DNA of 64,000 nt from the NCBI GenBank assembly GCA_963814315.1, contig CAWFCG010000001.1:586903-650902 (forward strand). Reading direction: 5' to 3'. Below the pieces are notes generated by a model. It had not been told where the DNA came from. It did not search any database and saw only the letters and a list, made by a program, of their open reading frames with translations. This DNA comes from an uncultured Chloroflexia bacterium (GTDB taxonomy: Bacteria; Chloroflexota; Limnocylindria; Limnocylindrales; CSP1-4). Below are positions 1 to 9,604 of the stretch, piece after piece. A program made the translations under genes and the position numbers. Every line of letters starts with the position of its first letter. The stretch's first letter is position 1.

Positions 1-1053
1 AGCACCATCCAGTTGCCCCGGGTCAGGGCCATCGAGCCGACCGTCTTGTACGTGCCGACCGGGATATCCGTCGGGCCGTTCGACCATCCCGAGATGATCC
101 TGGGGGAGCCACTGCCGACCGTCCACGTGGGACCACCGTCGGTGTTGTGGTTGGTGAGTCGTCCCGCCTTGATGGCGCTGATGACGACATCCCTGACCTT
201 GAAGCCGTAGGGCGCCTTGCAGCTGAGGACGGCCTGGCCCGGTGAGTCGAAGACATGGACGACCTGGAGGCCAAGCGGGATGGAGTCACCCGGATATCCT
301 GGAGCCGACATGCCGAAGTCGACGACATCGAAGTCGCCACCAGCGTCGAGAAGACATGCCGCGTCATCGGTAGTGTTGCCATTCGATGCGACGGCCTTGG
401 CCACGAACCACCACGCCCCACGACCCACACCGAGCTTGCCGACGGTTCGGTAGGTGCTGTCACCGAGGACGGGCGTCGCGCCCTTGTACTTGGCCGAGAG
501 GACGACAGGCATGCCGGACCCGGTCGTCGTTGGTGGTGACGACGCCACGCGAGTCGACAGCTTGCCGGTCTTCATGGCCGTCATCCGAATGGAGCGGATG
601 ACGACGTTGCCACCCTCCTCACCGACGCAGCGCAGGTTGGCCTTGGCGGGGTTCTTGACCCGGCTGGCGAGGGTGAGCAGCACCGGGATATACGAGCCGT
701 CGCGCTGCAGCGGGGTGGGCGCGGCAGAGATGTGGTCGCTGCGCTTGCCCAGGGTCAGGCGGCACTGCACTCCCAGGTGTCCCGCAGGCGACCCACCGAT
801 GCCCACCAGCTGTGCCTTGGCCATGATGAGCCAGCCCCCATTGGGCAGCGCCATGGACGCTACGGTCTTGAGCTTGGCCGGGATCTTCACCGGCCCGGCC
901 TTGCCTCCATAGAAGACCCTGGGCCCATTCGCCGCCGATACCGGTGCAGCCAGTGCCACCGACGAGACAAGCAGCAGGGACGAAGCCAGAAGCGCCGACC
1001 AGGAGCAGTCGTAGGGTGCCCGACGACCCTGTCGGTGTTTCGGAGATGCTCAT
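1..1053 (-). CDS. secreted protein with three ~100-aa internal repeats (copy 1); 3' end runs off the window start; apparent 19-nt indel or frameshift inside the signal-peptide region relative to paralog copy 2
   Basis: Minus-strand reading frame gives ...ALLASSLLLVSSVALAAPVSA|ANGPRVFYGGKAGPVKIPAKLKTVASMALPNGGWLIMAKA... with no stop codons to position 1. ATG (MSISETPTG...) lies at 1051-1053, preceded by GGAGGT. The ATG frame and the downstream mature-protein frame differ by +1. Confidence 0.5.
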
Positions 1054-1130
1054 CAAGCCAACCTCCAACACTGCCACGAGACCGTGGAGGCGTGCACGAT
1101 AGCGGCAACCTCGATCGGACACAAGGCCCA
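1054..1130 (-). promoter_or_regulatory. conserved 5' leader of the secreted-repeat gene (duplicated at 17762-17838). It contains the SD GGAGG and an upstream CCUCCA that could pair with it, plus a small CCACGG-UCUC-CGUGG hairpin
   Basis: About 75-90 nt of near-identity between the two loci upstream of and into the start codon. Complementary CCTCCA / TGGAGG segments flank an internal hairpin. Confidence 0.35.
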
Positions 1131-1447
1131 TACCAAGCTGCGCGAACATCAGCCCCGCGTGGTCTTCGGTCACTACCACGTCGAGGTCTTGGCAGACCCC
1201 ATCATCGCCCTCGATGACGTGGAGATCCCGGGCGGGCAGGAGGTTCGCTTGACGGTCGCATCAACGAAACCCTCGTGGTCCACCGGGGTATCGGTGGCCG
1301 GGGACCCGGTGGCCGCGACCCGACGTACCCAGTTCCGGCGGTCAGGTGGCCGACCCACGGCGACGGAGGTATACCCGGGGGTATGCCCGGCGATATCCCC
1401 GCGCACGAGGGCCGGGTCCGCAGTGGGACAGGCGCCCGGTCGACAGG

Positions 1448-3346
1448 TCACCGCTCGAGCGCCTCGAGCAGCATCGGCAGCGCGTGGTGGAGGCCCTGCT
1501 CCCAATAGGGCCAGCTATGCGTCCCCGCCCCCGACTCGATCGTCGCGTCGATGCCCAGCGCCGCGAGCCTTGCCGCGAGGGCCTCGTTCTGCGGGGCCAC
1601 CCAGGCTTCGAGGTCGTCGACCGTCGCCCCCTGGGCATCGAGCGGGCCGGGCTGGCCGTCGCCCCAGGAGAGGTAGGCGGACTTGCCGGCTAGGGCCTCG
1701 GCCATCGCCAGCGGGTCGTGGGCAGCCCAGAGATCGGACTGCTCGAGCTGGTCGCCCCAAAGCCTGTAGTCCGCCTGGAAACCTCCGCCGGCCGGATCGA
1801 CGACGCCGCTGAACGACGCGACGGCCTCGAACAGCTCGGGATGGGCGGTGGCGTAGTGCATGGTCCCGTAGCCGCCCATCGACAGTCCGGCGATGACCCG
1901 CTCATCGCCGGCGCGCCAGTCACGTTCGATGATGTCGCGCAGCTCCGTCAGGTGGAAGGTCTCCCAGGCCGGCACGCCACCCTCACCCCCGTTCCACCAG
2001 TCCGAGTACCAGCCCTCCTCGCCGGCGTCGGGCATGACCACGAGCAGGTCGAGGTCCGCCGTCAGCTCGGCCACGTCGGTCTCGCGTGTCCAGCTCGTGT
2101 AGTCGTCCCAGGCGCCGTGGAGCAGGTAGAGCACCGGGTACGTCGCCTCGGGATCCCCGTCGAAGCCGTCGGGGAGCAGCAGCCGCGCCTTGACCTCACC
2201 GACCGAGGGGGACTCGATGGTCAGGTCGCGGGTGCGATCGTCGAGCTCGGCGACCTCAGCCACGCGCAGCTCGGTGAAGACCGTGGCACCGGCGGCCTCG
2301 GCCACTGGGATGTCGGCGACGGGCTCTGGCCGGGTGGGCGTGATGCGGTACAGGCCGCCGTTGTCGCCGGCATGGCCGCCCACCGCCCAGATCGTGCCGT
2401 CGGGCGCGACCGCGACCGCGCTGATGGGCGTGCCCGCGAGGTAGGTGACCTCCCGCACGGCGACCGGGTCCCAGCACGACACGCCATCGCCGTCCGTGCC
2501 GCAGCTGGGGCTGTCGGGGGAGTGCTGGAAGATGCCGGGCTCGCCGAGCGCCCAGGTGAGCGCACCACTCTCGGGATTGGCGTCGTTGTCCTCGCGGCTG
2601 TAGGTGCTCGAGAGCCAGACGGTGCCGTCGGGCAGGACGAAGATGCTGTCCATGTCGTAGCGGTAGGTCGGGTGCGTCTCGTCGAGGTCGTGCCAGGCGC
2701 CGTCGCTGACGACGCGCTCGACACCCGGCTCGATCTGCTCGGTAACGAGGCCGGCGAGACCGTCGTCCGCGTCCTGTGCTGAGGCGCTGTCGGGCGGCAA
2801 CGGACCGGGGAAGATGGCGCCCGCGACAGCGCTCCTGGGCCAGCCGCTGCTGGTGACGAACAGGATGGCGGAGAGGCCCTCGTAGGCGCCGTCACCGGTC
2901 AGCTGGTACTGGATGAGCGGGGTCTCCGACACCGCCGCCGAGTCATAGGTCGAGGTCCAGGTCCCCGCCCACGTTCCCTCATCGTTCGTGATGGTCAGCT
3001 CACCCCACGAGACTTCGACACGCTCGTCGGTGTCGGACTGGGGGAACTCGTCCACGCTCCCCGTCTGCTCCCATACGCCGCTGATGCGTGGGTCGTCCAT
3101 CTCGCTCGTGCCCGACCCGGTCATGCCGCGAAGCGTGAGCCGATTGCCTTCGTCATCGAACGTCTCGACCTCGTCGCCGCAGCAGTCGACCCCATAGAAG
3201 AAGCCGTGGACGTAGGCGGCCGGACCCGTCTCCTCGGCGCCCTGCGCCCCGACACCTATGGCCGAGCCTGTGGCCAACAGGCCGATGGCGAGCACGCTGC
3301 TCAGTCTTGACCTGGTACCCATGACGGGAACCTCCCTCTCCCCCAC
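1448..3346 (-). CDS. secreted putative esterase (esterase D / PF00756-like C-terminal domain with GLSMGG nucleophile elbow) and an N-terminal ~350-aa repeat (propeller-like) domain
   Basis: 632-aa ORF. Signal peptide RLSSVLAIGLLATGSAIGVGAQG. C-terminal LYLLHGAWDDYTSW...GLSMGGYGTMHYA...HSWPYW is typical of the putative esterase family. N-terminal half carries PDGTVWLSS / PDGTIWAVGG repeats. Confidence 0.7.
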   Translation of the reverse strand: MGEREVPVMGTRSRLSSVLAIGLLATGSAIGVGAQGAEETGPAAYVHGFFYGVDCCGDEVETFDDEGNRLTLRGMTGSGTSEMDDPRISGVWEQTGSVDEFPQSDTDERVEVSWGELTITNDEGTWAGTWTSTYDSAAVSETPLIQYQLTGDGAYEGLSAILFVTSSGWPRSAVAGAIFPGPLPPDSASAQDADDGLAGLVTEQIEPGVERVVSDGAWHDLDETHPTYRYDMDSIFVLPDGTVWLSSTYSREDNDANPESGALTWALGEPGIFQHSPDSPSCGTDGDGVSCWDPVAVREVTYLAGTPISAVAVAPDGTIWAVGGHAGDNGGLYRITPTRPEPVADIPVAEAAGATVFTELRVAEVAELDDRTRDLTIESPSVGEVKARLLLPDGFDGDPEATYPVLYLLHGAWDDYTSWTRETDVAELTADLDLLVVMPDAGEEGWYSDWWNGGEGGVPAWETFHLTELRDIIERDWRAGDERVIAGLSMGGYGTMHYATAHPELFEAVASFSGVVDPAGGGFQADYRLWGDQLEQSDLWAAHDPLAMAEALAGKSAYLSWGDGQPGPLDAQGATVDDLEAWVAPQNEALAARLAALGIDATIESGAGTHSWPYWEQGLHHALPMLLEALER

Positions 3347-3437
3347 TTGTGGACGCTCCTGGCCTTGCCCGGGGCGCCCTTGACGTGACCGGGTCCTCTT
3401 GACCCACGAGCTATGCGATCAGCGGCTGACCGTGGCG

Positions 3438-5096
3438 CTACTCGGTGGTTGCGCCCGAGGCGGGCAGATCGTCGAAGGTGAGGATCCAGGCTTCCCGGCG
3501 TCCCGCGCAGTCTTCGTGGAGGGTGGTGACCAGGGTGTTCGAGCTGATGAGGCCTTCCCCAGACCCACAGTCGCCGAAGCGGATGCCCATGTCGGAGAGA
3601 TCGATGGACGCTCGTTCTCCCTGGTCCGGGATGAATGAGATCCGAGGCTCGCCCCGACTTCCGGGCCCCACGATCCACCCGCTCGCGATCCGGAAACCAT
3701 CACCGCCTGGAGGAGCGGGTGCTGGCTCCCAGCGGCCGTTCGACTCCCGCCACTCTCCGGTGGCGGTGGACAGGACCACCGAACCGCTGGACACCGGACC
3801 GAGCCATGTCCAGACACCGTCGACCCCGGTCGGCTCGTCCGCGTCGTCTCCGATGATGTCGGTCTCGCTCCACTCGCGACCGTCCCGCGAGCGATGCACG
3901 TGGACGAGGCCATCGGCTCCGATCGTGTAGGACACGAAGCCATCCTGGTCGGCGGTGAAGGCCAGCGATGACTCGTTCGCGACCTCCTGCGGGGGATCCA
4001 CTCCGACGAGTGCATCACCGCTCAGGATCGCCAGCCCTGCGACCGGGTCGACCGCGTGGCCCCCCATGGGGGTCCCCTCCTCGACGGCGAGTCGCTCGAC
4101 GTACTCGAGGCTCACGTTCTCGAGCACCATCAGCTCCGTGCCGTCAGCGTCGTCGGTCACCCGAAGACCGAGCTCCGTATCCTCCATCCGAAGCGTGGCG
4201 TAGGTGTCGGCGCTCAGAGCACCGCGGGGGAAGCCCTCGATCTCCTTGATATCGAAGACGCCCGGCGCAGCCTCGACGAGGGCCGGGTACTCGAGGTCGT
4301 CGATTCCCGGCAGCTCGCGGAACACCACCGAGTAGTCGGCGGTCCACGTGAGCGGGACGATGGTGACCCCGTCGTACGTCACGGGCTGGCCGGGCTGGAC
4401 GACCCATGCATAGCCGTCCGGTCCGGGCGGGTCCAGCTCCTCGAGACTGACCTGCTCCCAGGTCTGCGTGTCTCGCGAGCGCCACAGCGAGGCATCGCCG
4501 TCACGACGTCCTCCTGCGCTCAGCCAGTAGGTGTCACCGGCCCGCCACAACTGGATACTCCCGGCTCCGATGCCGAGAGGCTCCTCCAGGGTCCAGCGGA
4601 GAAGGTCGGGGGACCGCCACAGGCCCTCCGAAGTGCCCGTCTGAGAGTCGAAGTCCGGGACGATGTATCCGCCTTGCGTGCTGAGCAGCTCGAAGAGCTG
4701 GCTCGGGAGCGACGACTCGTCGCCCGTCAGATGGACCCACCGTGCCGGCCCGAAGGGCGACTCAAGCGTTCCCGATCGGACGTCCACGGGGATGTCATTC
4801 GGCAGCTGGATGGGCGGGAACGTCGTCGCCTCCGGGGTCGCGGTGGGACCGACCGCCGGGGGTGGGTCATCGCTCGGATGTGTCAGGACACCGCTGAGCA
4901 GGACGCCGGCGAACAGCGCCACGATGACACCCGCAACGACGAGCTTGGTCGCGCTGAACATGGTCTGGAGCCTCCACTTGGGGGACTGGATGGCGGCGGC
5001 ATGGGCGATGGCCAAGGCATCGAACGATGGCTCCGGACCGCCCATGCGGTCGAGCACGACACCGATCTGGCGTTCAAGGCTGGTGTCGTCACGCAT
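3438..5096 (-). CDS. membrane-spanning anti-sigma factor A (cytoplasmic N-terminus, one TM helix, ~480-aa extracytoplasmic repeat domain)
   Basis: Start ATG at 5094-5096 overlaps the stop of the upstream ECF sigma gene (ATGCGTGA). TM segment LVVAGVIVALFAGVLLSGVL. Paralogous to the 10834-12186 product (shared QSPKWR(L/F)QTM(F/I)SATK motif). DG..W repeats in the ectodomain. Confidence 0.65.
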   Translation of the reverse strand: MRDDTSLERQIGVVLDRMGGPEPSFDALAIAHAAAIQSPKWRLQTMFSATKLVVAGVIVALFAGVLLSGVLTHPSDDPPPAVGPTATPEATTFPPIQLPNDIPVDVRSGTLESPFGPARWVHLTGDESSLPSQLFELLSTQGGYIVPDFDSQTGTSEGLWRSPDLLRWTLEEPLGIGAGSIQLWRAGDTYWLSAGGRRDGDASLWRSRDTQTWEQVSLEELDPPGPDGYAWVVQPGQPVTYDGVTIVPLTWTADYSVVFRELPGIDDLEYPALVEAAPGVFDIKEIEGFPRGALSADTYATLRMEDTELGLRVTDDADGTELMVLENVSLEYVERLAVEEGTPMGGHAVDPVAGLAILSGDALVGVDPPQEVANESSLAFTADQDGFVSYTIGADGLVHVHRSRDGREWSETDIIGDDADEPTGVDGVWTWLGPVSSGSVVLSTATGEWRESNGRWEPAPAPPGGDGFRIASGWIVGPGSRGEPRISFIPDQGERASIDLSDMGIRFGDCGSGEGLISSNTLVTTLHEDCAGRREAWILTFDDLPASGATTE

Positions 5097-5637
5097 GACC
5101 AAGGTCCTCCCGTAGCCGCCCAAGCAATCGTTCGAGGCGAGTCCGGGTGCCCGATGGGCTGAGTCCGATCGCCGTGGCGAGCTCGGAGGAATCGAAGCCC
5201 GCGACATAGCGGAGCGCGAGCAGGGCGCGATCGTCAGGGTCGAGCCGCTCGAGAGCCGCTTGCAGATCGAGGTAGGCGATGCCGGTCGCTGGATCGATGC
5301 CACCTGGCTGGTCCGGAGGCTCACCGATGAACTCGACCCGAACCCTTCGGCCGCGCTTCTTCAGGAGCTTCCGCGCCTCGTTCAGCGCGACCGTGATGAG
5401 CCAGGGACGGAGCCGATCCGGCTGCCGGACGGTGCCGAGCTTACGCCAGGCGATCGACCAGGCGGTCTGAGCCGCTTCCTCCGCGATGGCCCTATCGCGG
5501 GCGACCATGTGGCAGATGCGTACCAGCTCGGCGTGGTGCGCGGCCACGATGCGGGCGAACGCCACATCGTCACCAGCCGCAGCAGCTGCGATCACCTTCG
5601 TGACCTCGCCCGCACCGATCTCGGTCATGGCTTCCAT
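5089..5637 (-). CDS. ECF (sigma-70 family, group IV) RNA polymerase sigma factor A
   Basis: 182 aa. Sigma-70 region 2 (AAQTAWSIAWRKL...) and region 4 (DPDDRALLALRYVAGFDSSELATAIGLSPSGTRTRLERL) signatures. 8-nt overlap with the downstream anti-sigma gene. Confidence 0.85.
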   Translation of the reverse strand: MEAMTEIGAGEVTKVIAAAAAGDDVAFARIVAAHHAELVRICHMVARDRAIAEEAAQTAWSIAWRKLGTVRQPDRLRPWLITVALNEARKLLKKRGRRVRVEFIGEPPDQPGGIDPATGIAYLDLQAALERLDPDDRALLALRYVAGFDSSELATAIGLSPSGTRTRLERLLGRLREDLGHA

Positions 5638-5700
5638 ATCCCGTTAGATACGCTGCTGGCCCGCAAGTGTCTCAGCCGACGGCAAATTCGGGGCAAGCCG
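5638..5700 (-). promoter_or_regulatory. putative autoregulated promoter of sigma A: CTGAGACA-N18-ATCT immediately upstream of the ATG
   Basis: Minus-strand sequence gccgtcggCTGAGACActtgcgggccagcagCGTATCTaacgggatATG. The same CTGAGACA-N18-ATCT arrangement occurs upstream of paralogous sigma C (12728-12790). Confidence 0.4.
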
Positions 5701-5879
5701 TGCCCGCGACTCTCCGACACGGAATTGGGCTCGCCTCTTTCGCGGGCTGATGCTGGGCTTGTGTCCGCTCATCGCTTCCGACCTACCCCCGCTTGGTTCG
5801 GACACCTGCAGTTTGGCTCCTTGCCTCAACCGGGTCGCGTCGACCCGCGAAGGGTTCCTATCCGGCGTGCGCTCTGGCC

Positions 5880-7132
5880 CTACTCCGCAGTCGCCCCCGC
5901 GGCCGCTGGGTCGATGACGAGGAAGCCGTTCCTGACCCAGAGCCAGATCGTGCCGTCCGGTGCCACCTGGAGCGGGCGCTCCAACAGATCGAGGTCCTCC
6001 GTGTCGGTAAACACGTCCGTCCACGTGGTCCCGTCGTAGACGCCGAGCACGAGTCCTCGATCGGAGGCCCCCGCAGCCCACAGCCGCCCGTCGGGCGCCA
6101 CGATCATGTTGCCCGTGTAGCCTCCAGACGCGGCGATATGCGGGATATCCGCATCGGCGTCCGATACCTTCCAGGCCATCCCGTCGAACCGTGCGAGCGC
6201 GGGTGGGTCAGTGCTGATGAACGCCCACAGCTCGCCCTCGGGGCCGCTGGCCAGGGGCGAGTAGCAGTTGACCTGGGGAGGCGGTGGCGTGACCGGCTGG
6301 AACTTCGACCCATCGAACCGAAGCAGTTGCCCAGCGCGGTTCCCAGTGTGGTCGCGATCGAGACCCACAAACTGCCGTCGGGCGTCGACGCAAACCCGCC
6401 CGGGAACAAGTACACGTAGTCGGCAATCTGCCCTTGGTCGTCCACGATCGGGTACGCGGTCCAGGTGTCACCGTCGAGACGTGCGAGCGTGGTGGTGCTG
6501 CGCGCCCAGACGGTCCCGTCCGGCAATACCTCGAGCGCCTTGGCCGGCGCGTCACCAGGAAACGCCGGGACCGTCGTCCAGACATCGTCCCGGAACGAGG
6601 CCACAGTGCCCTTGGCGAGCGACCACAGGGCGCCATCGGGCGAGCCGGTGAGATCGGCGAAGTCGAGTCCGACGGACGGGCCCGGGAGAGAACCGACGTC
6701 CCCGACCCGCTTCAGTCGACCCGTGGTCAGTAACCAGATACCACCGTCGGCATCGAACGCCAGATCGCCATGCCGGCTGCTGCCGACACCGGCATGGCTG
6801 GCGAACAACACGCCGGGAGCGAGCTCCTCGGTGTCCAGACCAGGCGGGGGTGTCCAGCTCGTCGGCGAGGGCGAAGGCGTGGTCGCGGGTACAGGCGTGG
6901 GATCGCTGACAGCGGAGAACAGGAGTGTACCGGCGCCAAGTGAGACGACGGCGATGGTGGTGATGAGGGTGGTGGTGGCAGTCAGCATCGGGCGAGTCCT
7001 CCGAGTCGTCGTGGTCGTGGTCGTGGCGGGTGGGACGCCGACGCCGGGTCGGTCAGTGAGCCGGGGTCGGTACACCGGGTCGGTGGCTGGTCGAGCGCGC
7101 AGGCTGCGCTGGAGGGTCATCTCATCCATCAC
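5880..7132 (-). pseudogene. anti-sigma factor B, apparently frameshifted near 6335-6350 (ORFs 6104-7132 and 5880-6368 are two halves of one protein)
   Basis: Start ATG overlaps the sigma B stop (ATGA at 7129-7132). TM segment TATTTLITTIAVVSLGAGTLLF. The 342-aa ORF decays into Arg/Ser-rich nonsense after ...DGSLWVSIATTLGT. The -1 frame then continues with propeller-like repeats (RFDGSKFQPV..., DGRLWAAG, DGTIWLWV) and a paralog-like C-terminus. Confidence 0.55.
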
Positions 7133-7674
7133 TCTTCCCCTCCGATCACGTCCAACCCGGTGCGCAGCGTCCGTAGCGCGGTCGTGGCGTGGCTCCGGGC
7201 CGCGCCGGCTGTGATTTCCATCACCTGGCCGATCTCCTCATAGGAAAGGTCCGCCTGGTAGCGCAGGTAGATGACCTGGCGCTGTCGGTCAGGCAGCTGG
7301 TCGACCTGACTCCAGACGGCGACCCGGTCGGTCGCGTCCGCTTCCATCACCGGCGGTGTCGCCCGGTCGCCCAAGCGGGCAACGAGGGTGGCGATGCGCC
7401 GATGGAGCCGGTGCTCATCCATCGCGAGGTGGGCCAGGGTGCGGTACGTCCAGGCTTCCGGGGAGCGGATGTCCGCCCCGCCGTCCAGTTCGCGCCAGAG
7501 GCGCAGCAGGGCCTCCTGCACGAGATCACCAGCACGGCCGGCGTCGACCCCAAGGCGGAGGGCGTAGCCGAAGAGCCGCTGGCCTGACGCCTGTTCGAGG
7601 GCAACGACCGCCAGCCAGGCGTCGTCTCGGGCCGCCTCGAGCACGATGGGGGCCCCCGCTCGACTGATGCTCAT
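7129..7674 (-). CDS. ECF sigma factor B
   Basis: Region 2 (DLVQEALLRLWREL) and region 4 (LPDRQRQVIYLRYQADLSYEEIGQVMEITAGAARSHATTALRTLR) motifs. Start chosen at MSISRAGAP (7672-7674). The ORF could begin at 7770. Confidence 0.8.
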   Translation of the reverse strand: MSISRAGAPIVLEAARDDAWLAVVALEQASGQRLFGYALRLGVDAGRAGDLVQEALLRLWRELDGGADIRSPEAWTYRTLAHLAMDEHRLHRRIATLVARLGDRATPPVMEADATDRVAVWSQVDQLPDRQRQVIYLRYQADLSYEEIGQVMEITAGAARSHATTALRTLRTGLDVIGGEE

Positions 7675-7995
7675 ATCATCATGACGCTCGAGCGGGGCCG
7701 AAACGCATAGTCGCGGTCGAATCCTGGCTAGGCCCATAGGGCGACATAGGGCAGAGTCACCACCTCCCACTTCCGTTCGTCATCCCGAGCATCCGCATGC
7801 CCCCGCGCTTGACGCCCACCTGACCGGCACGTAGACCGAGAGGCTGCACGGACATCCAGGTGGCGGTGACCGCGCGATGTCCAGACGTGGCCGATGTCGA
7901 CGATCGAGACCACGTCTGGATGGCCGCCACTCCGCCAGGGATGCAGAGGCCCGGCGTCCCTCGGCCTGATGATCGCGGGACCCGTTCGCGTGACG

Positions 7996-8811
7996 CTACT
8001 TGGTCGAGGCGTTCTCCGGGGGCGGTGGCAACTCGCCATCGATGATGAAGCCGTGCAGCGTGTAGGGCTCGACTTCGAGGAGCACCGCGACGAGTCCTTC
8101 GTAGTCACCCTCCCCGTCGAGGACCCACGTCCCGCCGCTGCTATCGCCGTACCGAGGAGACTCGATGAACGGGCGAGGCCGCATGCGCCATCCGCCGCCG
8201 TCGTTCTCGATGCTGATGGCGAGTGTGCCGACCGTCACGCCGCTATCGAGGTACTCGTCCTGGGACGCCGACCAGGTGACCGTGCCATTGAGCCGCTCGT
8301 CGCTGAAGGACCAATGAGGATTGCAATACCCGCCTCGGCTCTGTGTGACGTCACCGACGGCCTCGGTCGTCGGTTCGCCGGGGCACGGTCCCGCTGACGA
8401 GGTCGCGGTGACCTCCACCGGCGGTGCTGGCGCTGGATCCATCGCGGCCCCTGGCACGCTGCCCTGCTGACCGAAGGGCTGGGCGATGAGGAAGGCACCC
8501 CCGATGGCGAAGACGATGGAACCTGCGGTGATGGCCTTGATCGGACTGAACATGGACTGAGTCCTCCCTGTAACGGTGGGGGTGTGGCCGTTCGTGGCCG
8601 GGATAGGACTGGGCTGGGCGTTCGAGGTCTGGTCCGTGGTCGGAGGCTGATGGTCATGCCGGAAGGTGGGGAGTGGCCACCAGCGACCTCGCTGGCGGGT
8701 CTGCTCCACTCGGGCAGACACGAGACCCGTGCTGCGATGAACGTCCTCCGGCCCGACATCCGTTCGCTTCAGCCACGCCCGCACCACTGGAGACAACTGC
8801 TTGTTGGTCAC
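7996..8811 (-). CDS. membrane anti-sigma factor D (cytoplasmic ~85 aa, one TM helix, extracytoplasmic domain)
   Basis: ATGA overlap with the upstream ECF sigma gene at 8808-8811. TM segment ITAGSIVFAIGGAFLIAQPF. Confidence 0.6.
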   Translation of the reverse strand: MTNKQLSPVVRAWLKRTDVGPEDVHRSTGLVSARVEQTRQRGRWWPLPTFRHDHQPPTTDQTSNAQPSPIPATNGHTPTVTGRTQSMFSPIKAITAGSIVFAIGGAFLIAQPFGQQGSVPGAAMDPAPAPPVEVTATSSAGPCPGEPTTEAVGDVTQSRGGYCNPHWSFSDERLNGTVTWSASQDEYLDSGVTVGTLAISIENDGGGWRMRPRPFIESPRYGDSSGGTWVLDGEGDYEGLVAVLLEVEPYTLHGFIIDGELPPPPENASTK

Positions 8812-9371
8812 GGCACGACCTCGCGTTGGGTGTGCGCTGGCGAGTCGGGCTCGAAGTCGACGCCCATCGCGATACGCATGGCATCCATCGCTCGACTCAT
8901 TCGTGAGTACACGGTGCCCTTGCGGACTCCGAGCGTCTCAGCGACCTGCTCCAACGTCATGTCGAGCAGGTAGTGCAGGACGATCACGGCTCGGTGGTCC
9001 ACCGAGAGTTGCCTGAAACCGTGTTCCAACTCGTCGCGGTCGAGCACTGCGCCGTAGGCATCTGCGGCTCTGGGTTCACGGGTCCCTGGCAACGCGGTGT
9101 CCGGCAGCCACTTCGGCGTCCGCTTCGCCTCCGCGTAGCAGGCGTGGACAAGCAGCCGACACGACCAGACCTCGTACTTGGCAGGGTCTCTCAATCGCTG
9201 GATGTTGCGCCAGACGTCGAGGTACGCCTGCTGCGTGGCGTCTTCGGCATGAGACCGATCCCGGAGGATGCCTTGGGCCACTCGGAATAATCGGGGATAG
9301 TCAGCAAGCGCCAGCGAGTCGAACGCTCGCTTGTCGCCTCGTTGTACCCGAACGATGAGGTCTCGGTCCAT
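8808..9371 (-). CDS. ECF sigma factor D
   Basis: 187 aa. Region 2 (HAEDATQQAYLDVWRNIQRL) and region 4 (LSVDHRAVIVLHYLLDMTLEQVAETLGVRKGTVYSRMSRAMDAMR) motifs. Confidence 0.85.
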   Translation of the reverse strand: MDRDLIVRVQRGDKRAFDSLALADYPRLFRVAQGILRDRSHAEDATQQAYLDVWRNIQRLRDPAKYEVWSCRLLVHACYAEAKRTPKWLPDTALPGTREPRAADAYGAVLDRDELEHGFRQLSVDHRAVIVLHYLLDMTLEQVAETLGVRKGTVYSRMSRAMDAMRIAMGVDFEPDSPAHTQREVVP

Positions 9372-9604
9372 GCCACCGCACTCTCTGACCGTCGGCCTTG
9401 GTGACCGACGGGCGGACCAACATGTGCCGGCCCGCTACACCTTAAGAGTGCTGGGCAAGCGAAAACTCATCCATGCCGAGTCAACAACGACTCCGACACC
9501 ATCGGCGCCTTGCAGCTGGGCTGCTGCGGTAACTCGTCGATACGGCGGGTGCGGGTCGCAGGGCGTGTCTGAGGAAGTGGCGCCGGAGTCCATTGGTGCG
9601 TCGG

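Noticed and set aside
619-1179. 186-aa minus-strand ORF starting upstream of the secreted-gene ATG
   Set aside because: Its first ~45 codons lie in the conserved 5' leader. After the signal-peptide region it is out of frame with the protein-like sequence. It is better explained as leader plus a frameshifted start of the 1-1053 gene.
4056-5162. 368-aa plus-strand ORF inside anti-sigma A
   Set aside because: Antisense, Arg/Gly-rich. No start-site signals.
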